Assembly: GCA_963836235.1 (NCBI GenBank)
Contig: CAWIIP010000002.1
Span: forward strand, 352,001-416,000
Direction: 5' to 3'
DNA length: 64,000 nucleotides
Source: an uncultured Pseudomonadota bacterium
Lineage (GTDB): Bacteria > Oederibacteriota > Muellerivitia > Muellerivitales > Muellerivitaceae
The translations under genes and the position numbers were made by a program. This document shows, in pieces, positions 57,705 to 64,000 of this stretch. The number at the start of each line of letters is the position of its first letter. Positions within the stretch are counted from its first letter, which is position 1. Below the pieces are notes generated by a model. It worked only from the letters and a program-made list of their open reading frames with translations. It was not told where the DNA came from and searched no databases.

Positions 57705-60700
57705 TCAAAGCTCAATCTCGATGCCTTCTTCACCCAACAAGTCGGAAACTTCCCTTAAAAACCCCTTGGAAGGTTTCACTGACAAGGCGGGGCCCGCTTC
57801 CAGAACCATCAAGCCGTGATGGGTCGTTTGCATGTGGAAATAAACCTTGGCCTTCCCCGGGTGCCGCTCGCAGACCGCCTTCACTTTGGGCAAAAGGCTG
57901 TCATCCAATCCCACGACATTCATGGTGAGGTGGACCCCCTTGGCCCACTTCACCGCCATTTCATTCAGGTCGATGGCCTCGTTGGCGATGATCTGGGTCT
58001 TTTCCCCGGACTTGTCCAGCCGGCCCCTCAAAGCCACCAACCGGTCCTTCGCCAGCAGGTTCTGGTATTTCTTGTAGACTTCCGGCCAGGCGATCACTTC
58101 CAGGTGGGAATGCAGGTCCTCCAGCACGAACCGGCCGTAAATTTCCTTGGTCTTCTTCACCATGCTTTTCGAGAAACCCCGGATCAGCCCCGCCACCCTG
58201 ATCTCATGGCCGTCGGGCAGGTCCTCCAGCTCATGAAGCGGCGTGGCATAGTGCTCCAACTCCCACTCATGCTCCGAAAGGGGGTGTCCGGAAAGGTAAA
58301 ATCCGAGTACTTCCTTTTCCGCCGTTAAAATTTGGGCGGGCGAAAGTTCGGGCGCTTCCGGCAGGGTATCCGCCGGCCCCGAATCCATCGCCCCGAAAAG
58401 GGAGGTTTGCCCCCTCTGGGAATCGGCCTGGAGCCCCTGGGACTGCCGGAATATCTTTTCCACCGCTTCCTTCATGGCTCCCCGGGGCGAGTTGGAGAAA
58501 TCAAAACCCCCAGCCAAAACCAGGCATTCCACCATTTTGGGGGTGAAGGCCTTCAAGTCGACCCGGCGGCAAAAATCAAAAAGGGACAGGAAAGCCCCCT
58601 CCTTGCCCCGGGCCTCCAGGATGGCCGCGATGGCGGGCGTCCCCACGTTTTTGATGGCCGAGAGCGAGAACCGGATTTCCCCCTTTGGCGTCACCGTAAA
58701 TTCGTCCCCGCTCTCGTTCACGTCCGGCGGCAGCACCCGGACGCCCATTTTTTTGCACTCGAACACGTACTGTGAAATCTTGTCCTGGTTCCCCGACTCG
58801 CTGGTCAGGAGGGCGGCCATGAATTCCGGGGTGAAATGGGCTTTCAAATAGGCGGTCTGGAAAGCCACGATGGCGTAAGCCGCGCTGTGGGACTTGTTAA
58901 AGCCATACCCGGCGAATTTCGCCATTTGGTTGAAGATCGCCTCGGCGATGTCATTGGAAATCCCCCGGTCCTTGGCCCCGGAAAGGAACTTGTCCCGCAT
59001 CTGCTCCATTTTTTCCGAATTCTTGCTTCCCATGGCCCGCCTCAGCAGGTCCGCCTGCCCCAAGGTGAAGCCCGCCAGGTCTTTGGCGATGCGCATCACT
59101 TGTTCCTGGTAAAGGATGATGCCGTAGGTGGTTTTTAAAATGGGCTCCAGCAAGGGGTGAAGATACTCCACCTTCGCCAGCCCCTTCTTCCGGTGGAAGA
59201 AATCATCCACCATGTCCGAGCCCAGGGGCCCGGGCCGGTAAATCGCGTTGAGGGCGATCAAATCCTCGATATGCGTGGGCTCCAGCTTCCGCACGTAATC
59301 CCGCATTCCCCGGGATTCCAACTGGAAGATGCCCATCGTTTTCGCTTCCCGCAGTAATTTAAAGGTCGCCTCGTCTTCCATGGGGATGTCCGAAACCTTT
59401 ACATCCTGTTTCCGGTGGCTCTTGATGAGCTTGAGGGTATCGTCGATCACCGAAAGCGTCCGCAGGCCCAAAATATCCAGTTTCAAAAGCCCCACGTCCT
59501 TCAGGGCGTTCATGTCATATTGGGTTAAAATTTCATCCCCGGTCCCCCGGCACAAGGGCACGGTTTCCAGAAGGGGTTCGTTTCCGATGAGAATGCCCGC
59601 CGCGTGGGTTGAGAGGTGGCGCACCATCCCTTCCAGCGCCCGGGAAATATCCCAAAGTTTCCGGTAAGGCCCCTGTTCGGAAGCGATGGCCCGAAGCTCC
59701 GGCACCTTTTCCAGCGCGTCTTCCAGGGTCACCTTCGGCTCGCCGGGTATCAATTTGGCGATGCGGTCGATGTCGGGAAGCGGTATTTCCAAAATCCGCC
59801 CCACGTCCCGGATCACCGCCTTGGCCGCCATGGTCCCGAAAGTGGCGATGGAAGCCACCCGATCCTGCCCGTAGGTTTGTGTGATATATTCCAGCACCTC
59901 ATGGCGCCTTCGGTCGCAGACATCCACGTCGATGTCCGGGGCGCTCACCCGCTCCGGGTTGATGAAGCGCTCGAATAGCAGGTCGTAACGGATGGGGTCC
60001 ACGTCGGTAATCCCGATCAGGTAGGAAACCAGGCTCCCCGCCGCCGATCCCCGCCCCGGCCCGACCGAAATGCCCTTTTCCCTGGCCTTGGCGATGATGT
60101 CGCACACGATCAAAAAATAACCGCTAAAGCCGGTTTTGCGGATGATGCCCAGCTCTTCATTCATGCGTTCCAAAATACACGGGTCACCGCTCCCGGCCCC
60201 GTAACGTTTGGGTATGCCTTCCCGGCTGAGTTTTTCCAGGTAAGCCACCTCATCCAGCCACCCCGCCGGCACGGTGAAGGAAGGCATCAGGGTCTTGCCG
60301 AACTCAAAGGTGACGTTGCACCTTTCGGCGATCTCGCAGGTTTGGCGCAGGGCCTCCGGGATTTCGCCGAAAGTCTTGGCCATTTCCTCGGCGCTCTTCA
60401 GGTAATACTCGTCCGACCCATAGGTGATGTGGTTGGGATCCGAAAGCACTTCCCCCCGCCCCAGGCACAAAAGGGCCTCGTGAATCAGCGCCTCTTCCCG
60501 CCTCAAATAATGCACGTCATTGGTAGCCACCAAAGGAATGGAAGTTTGCTTGGATATCTCCATCAGGTGCTTTTGCACCGACTTGTCGCCGGCCTTGCGG
60601 TGGTCCTGAACCTCCAGGAAAAACCGCCCCTTGCCGAAGATCTCTTGGTATTCCCCCGCGACTCTCATGGCCACAGGGGTCTCTTCTTTGAGGATGAACT

Positions 60701-61145
60701 TGTCGATCTCACCGTCCAACCCTCCCGAAAGGGCGGTCAAACCCCGGCTATGGCGGGCCAAGAGTTCCTTGTCGATATGCGGAATCTGGTAGGAACCCCG
60801 CAAATATCCCGCCGAGGATAGCTTCAATAAATTCTTGTACCCTTCCTCGTTCTCCGCCAGCAAAACCAGGGGATAGAGGGCCTCCGTCCGCCCCGAACCG
60901 TTGGGTTTATCCGTCCGGGCCCCCGACGACACCCAAACCTCACAGCCGATGATGGGTTTCAACCCGTGCGAAAGGGCGCTCTGGTAAAAGCCGATGGCCC
61001 CAAAGAGGTTGGCCTTGTCGGTCAAGGCCACGGCATGCATTTGCAGTTCCTTCAGCCGGGCCATCAGGGGCTCGACCCGGACGGTGCTTTCCAGCAGGCT
61101 GAACTGGCTGTGAAGGTGAAGATGGACGAATTCGGGACGGTTCAT
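57705..61145 (-). CDS. dnaE: DNA polymerase III alpha subunit
   Basis: Start MNRPEFVHLHLHS; GPGRGSAAGS, PDIDVD, KLDILGL, YGFNKSH, OB fold. Confidence 0.97.
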   Translation of the reverse strand: MNRPEFVHLHLHSQFSLLESTVRVEPLMARLKELQMHAVALTDKANLFGAIGFYQSALSHGLKPIIGCEVWVSSGARTDKPNGSGRTEALYPLVLLAENEEGYKNLLKLSSAGYLRGSYQIPHIDKELLARHSRGLTALSGGLDGEIDKFILKEETPVAMRVAGEYQEIFGKGRFFLEVQDHRKAGDKSVQKHLMEISKQTSIPLVATNDVHYLRREEALIHEALLCLGRGEVLSDPNHITYGSDEYYLKSAEEMAKTFGEIPEALRQTCEIAERCNVTFEFGKTLMPSFTVPAGWLDEVAYLEKLSREGIPKRYGAGSGDPCILERMNEELGIIRKTGFSGYFLIVCDIIAKAREKGISVGPGRGSAAGSLVSYLIGITDVDPIRYDLLFERFINPERVSAPDIDVDVCDRRRHEVLEYITQTYGQDRVASIATFGTMAAKAVIRDVGRILEIPLPDIDRIAKLIPGEPKVTLEDALEKVPELRAIASEQGPYRKLWDISRALEGMVRHLSTHAAGILIGNEPLLETVPLCRGTGDEILTQYDMNALKDVGLLKLDILGLRTLSVIDDTLKLIKSHRKQDVKVSDIPMEDEATFKLLREAKTMGIFQLESRGMRDYVRKLEPTHIEDLIALNAIYRPGPLGSDMVDDFFHRKKGLAKVEYLHPLLEPILKTTYGIILYQEQVMRIAKDLAGFTLGQADLLRRAMGSKNSEKMEQMRDKFLSGAKDRGISNDIAEAIFNQMAKFAGYGFNKSHSAAYAIVAFQTAYLKAHFTPEFMAALLTSESGNQDKISQYVFECKKMGVRVLPPDVNESGDEFTVTPKGEIRFSLSAIKNVGTPAIAAILEARGKEGAFLSLFDFCRRVDLKAFTPKMVECLVLAGGFDFSNSPRGAMKEAVEKIFRQSQGLQADSQRGQTSLFGAMDSGPADTLPEAPELSPAQILTAEKEVLGFYLSGHPLSEHEWELEHYATPLHELEDLPDGHEIRVAGLIRGFSKSMVKKTKEIYGRFVLEDLHSHLEVIAWPEVYKKYQNLLAKDRLVALRGRLDKSGEKTQIIANEAIDLNEMAVKWAKGVHLTMNVVGLDDSLLPKVKAVCERHPGKAKVYFHMQTTHHGLMVLEAGPALSVKPSKGFLREVSDLLGEEGIEIEL

Positions 61146-61246
61146 GGGGGGATTATAGCCAAAAACCCCGCGTCTTCGCCGCAAATGGGGCCTGGCTTGA
61201 CGGGGCCTTATAGGCGCCTTTATGATTGAGTCAACGGAGTACAACA

Positions 61247-61469
61247 ATGGATTTCAGCAAAATCATCACGATGGAACCGGGAAAAAGAGGAGGCAAACCC
61301 TGTATCCGGGGCTTGCGTATGACGGTCTATGATATTTTGGAATACCTTGCTTCCGGTATGTCCTCCGAGCAAATCCTGAAGGATTTTCCCTACCTTAACG
61401 CAGAAGACATCCGCGCCTGCCTTCTACGCGGCTGAGAGAGAACGGCACAGTCTCGCTGTCCAACCGTGA
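61247..61469 (+). CDS. DUF433 (VapB45-like) antitoxin, frameshift near 61420
   Basis: GKRGGKPCIRGLRMTVYDIL..ILKDFPYL..EDIRACL; tail YAAERE in another frame ends at a GTGA overlap. Confidence 0.85.
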
Positions 61470-61662
61470 AACTGATCTTCGATCAGAATCTTTCGCCAAA
61501 ATTGGCCGAAAGGCTCAAAGACCTCTTCCCTGATTCCACCCATGTTCATTTATCGGGCCTCGGAAAGTCCAAGGACCCGGAATTTGGGAATTCGCCAAGG
61601 CTGGGGGTTTCACCATTGTTTCCAAAGACGCCGTCTACGGCGAAATGAGCATGGCCCTTGGA
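61466..61662 (+). pseudogene. Truncated DUF5615/VapC45-like PIN toxin
   Basis: MKLIFDQNLSPKL..HV..D.EIWEFAK..FTIVSKD, then the family pattern is lost. Confidence 0.7.
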
Positions 61663-62218
61663 ATTCACCCGGCACTATTACGGCGCCAACGCTTTGGACA
61701 TCCTGCCCTGGTTCGATTTTTTCAAGAAAGCAATGGTGGCAGGCTCCTATCAATCCTTCATGGACAAGCATTTTCCCCAGGAATGGATGAACCAGCTCGC
61801 GGATAGCAACCTGGTGATGTCCTTCGAACCCACCCAACCCGTCAAGCTTTTGGACTCGGATAAGTTCGCCGATTGGTTCCTGGTGAAAGGCATGATGACC
61901 ACGCATAACGTGGTGAACGGCAGGAGCGAGCTGGTTTCCCAAATACCCGTGGCCGCCAAAATCGTCATGGAACATCGAGCGGGTTCGGGGGATAAAGTCG
62001 CCACCCTGATCGAATTGCACCCCGGTGACGCTGGCTTTTCCTCTTCATCCCATGCGGGTTCGATGGGCTCACCGCAGGCTTCTTCCAATGGGGCCAATTC
62101 CCCTTCGGAATTGGCACAACCAAACCGCGGGTCTCAGCTGGGGGCTTCGACCCAGGGGGACCTCATTACCCATGCGGCGGACGGGGTGGCCGATGCCGCC
62201 AAAAAATTGGGGCTGTAG
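61658..62218 (+). CDS. Hypothetical protein, probably a C-terminal gene fragment
   Basis: 186-codon ORF with coding-like GC3, no RBS, begins at the toxin breakpoint. Confidence 0.45.
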   Translation: MEFTRHYYGANALDILPWFDFFKKAMVAGSYQSFMDKHFPQEWMNQLADSNLVMSFEPTQPVKLLDSDKFADWFLVKGMMTTHNVVNGRSELVSQIPVAAKIVMEHRAGSGDKVATLIELHPGDAGFSSSSHAGSMGSPQASSNGANSPSELAQPNRGSQLGASTQGDLITHAADGVADAAKKLGL

Positions 62219-62221
62219 CTT

Positions 62222-64000
62222 TTAGCGGAGAACCAATAACTTTAAAATTTTTGTGGTCTTGACCGGGCCGGTGACCTCAATCCTCAGGTAATAAAGCCCG
62301 TTAGCCACCGAACTGCCCCGGTTGTCCTTTAAATCCCAGGACAGGATCGCGCTGGTGCCGGGGACGGCTTGGGGGATATCCAGGATTTTGCGGAAAGCCG
62401 TCGTGTAGACGCTCCATTCCACCGTGGAATCCGCGGGAAATTGCAGGAAGACTCGAACCGGTCCGTTGCCGCTGGGATTGGGATAAGGAAGCCCAACCAC
62501 GACGGTCGTGACCGCCGGTGTCGGTGTGGCCGTGGAAGTATTGGCCACCGGCGTGTTCGTGGGCATCGGGGTGGCGGTGGAGAGGGGCGTATTCGTAGTC
62601 GTCAGCGAAGGGCTGGAGGAGGGAGTCTCCGTCAGAGAAGGGGTGGAAGTGGAATTGGGGCTGTTGGTGGCAGTGGGAACCCCCGTGGGGCTGTTAGAGG
62701 GCGTGGAAGTCGGCGTGAGCGTGGGTGAATGGGTCGGGCTGTTGGTGGGGCTATTGGTAGGACTATGGGTGGGCGTAAGGGTGGCGGCCGGGGTGGTGGT
62801 GTTGGTCGCCGAATGGGTGGGCGGAACGGTATCGGTGGGGGTTGCGGTGGAACTGTTGGTGGCCGTGTTCGTTAGAGTGGGTGTGGGACTGTTGGTCGGG
62901 GTAACCGTCGGGCTGTGGGTGGCCGTTTGAGTTGCCTTATTCGTGGCGGTATCCGTCGCCGTTTGGGCCTGGCTATTGGTGGGAGTAGCCGTCCCAGTCG
63001 GTGTGAAGGAAGCCGTTAGAGTCGGGGAGGCGGTCGCGCTGGCGGTGAGGGTCGGCGTGCAGGTCGGGGTAAAACTGAAGACGGGCGTGTAGGTTGTCGT
63101 AAAGGTTAAGGTTTGGGTGGGCGTCATCGTGGGGCTATTCGTCATCGTGGCCGTAGGGGTCGTGGTAGGCGTCGGGGTAGCCGTAAAGGTGCGGGTGGAG
63201 GTTGGGCTGTTGGTCATGGTGTTGGTGGCCGTATTAGTAGTTGTTTGGGTTGGGGTGACCGTTGGAGTGTTCGTCGCGGTGTTCGTGGGGGTCATGGTGG
63301 CTGTATTGGTTGAAGTGCCCGTAGGAGTACTTGTCCCCGTAGGGGACAACGTATTGGTGGCGGTGCTGGTAGCCGTATTGGCCGGGGTGGCGGCGGCGCC
63401 GTAGGTCACGCAGGAACTGCGCGCCCCGATCACGGCCCATACTTCGGATACCCCCGCGTTGGTGGTGGGCGGATAGGCCTGGGAAATTTCCCACATTCCG
63501 ATGCCCGGAAGCTGTGGTGACTGCGCCGCGCACCAATTGATCTTGTCGCAATAAGTTTGCGCGTTGTCCACGCCGGTATCGCCGCTGCTATAGGAGGCCT
63601 CGTCCTGGGGGGTGTAAAAGCCGGTCAAAGTACTCGTGAGGATGGTCGTTAACGGGTTCCCCTGGTTGGAATACATGGGACAGGCGAGAATGATTTGACT
63701 GGAGGAGAGTCCCCAGCCCGTCACCCGGTTCACCGAGGCCACAATGTCGCCCGGTATATCGTAGTTGCCGGCGCAGTCCCCGTATTCGGCGGTATCGACC
63801 ATGGGGCCGTTGAATTGGTCCAATCCATAACTGTACCCCATGAGAATTCCATAATCGGCGTACTGCCCGATGGTGGCCCAATTGACCCCGCAGATATCCG
63901 CGCCAGCGCTGATGGTAAAGGTAAGCTGTCTCGGTTTGCCGTCATAGCCGTTCGTGGCGTGGAGGGCGCCGGCCAGCGCCGACATTAAACCCATGAAGCC
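62222..64000 (-). CDS. GH18-like glycoside hydrolase with Thr-rich stalk and T9SS-like CTD, 5'-partial
   Basis: DYGILMGY, IILACPMY, GIGMWE barrel strands; about 300-aa TxT region; YPNP..WDLKD..ANGLYY..KLLVLR. Confidence 0.7.
   Translation of the reverse strand, partial: GFMGLMSALAGALHATNGYDGKPRQLTFTISAGADICGVNWATIGQYADYGILMGYSYGLDQFNGPMVDTAEYGDCAGNYDIPGDIVASVNRVTGWGLSSSQIILACPMYSNQGNPLTTILTSTLTGFYTPQDEASYSSGDTGVDNAQTYCDKINWCAAQSPQLPGIGMWEISQAYPPTTNAGVSEVWAVIGARSSCVTYGAAATPANTATSTATNTLSPTGTSTPTGTSTNTATMTPTNTATNTPTVTPTQTTTNTATNTMTNSPTSTRTFTATPTPTTTPTATMTNSPTMTPTQTLTFTTTYTPVFSFTPTCTPTLTASATASPTLTASFTPTGTATPTNSQAQTATDTATNKATQTATHSPTVTPTNSPTPTLTNTATNSSTATPTDTVPPTHSATNTTTPAATLTPTHSPTNSPTNSPTHSPTLTPTSTPSNSPTGVPTATNSPNSTSTPSLTETPSSSPSLTTTNTPLSTATPMPTNTPVANTSTATPTPAVTTVVVGLPYPNPSGNGPVRVFLQFPADSTVEWSVYTTAFRKILDIPQAVPGTSAILSWDLKDNRGSSVANGLYYLRIEVTGPVKTTKILKLLVLR

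Noticed and set aside
57816-60821. Many long plus-strand ORFs opposite dnaE (similarly opposite clpB, rpoD, pqqE)
   Set aside because: Expected antisense open frames in GC3-rich genes
61146-61247. N-terminal extension of DnaE in the ORF track
   Set aside because: Overlaps the divergent promoter region; homology begins at MNRPEF

Overview
Chromosomal window from a diderm bacterium that uses Shine-Dalgarno sites and a region-1.1 RpoD. It encodes three Thr-rich secreted proteins with T9SS-like C-terminal domains plus a PorV-like barrel. This pattern recalls uncultured FCPU426-like lineages (inference, not verified). Housekeeping genes: rpoD, clpB, dnaE, def, orn, sixA, hrpB, uup-like ABC-F. Signalling genes: PAS kinase, two REC+Zn-ribbon regulators, PilZ, adenylate cyclase, GGDEF. 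An IS30 element with a 3-bp target duplication splits a site-2 protease. A PQQ cluster has an unannotated 30-aa pqqA and a PqqD-PqqE fusion, and sits directly downstream of a secreted PQQ-type beta-propeller. A speE/decarboxylase operon is preceded by a promoter-leader-terminator arrangement suggesting an uncharacterised polyamine riboswitch or attenuator. A DUF433/PIN toxin-antitoxin pair is truncated. Several genes carry single-base frameshifts, often at homopolymers, most likely assembly errors. No rRNA, tRNA or CRISPR array was seen. All calls come from motif recognition by eye; no searches were run.
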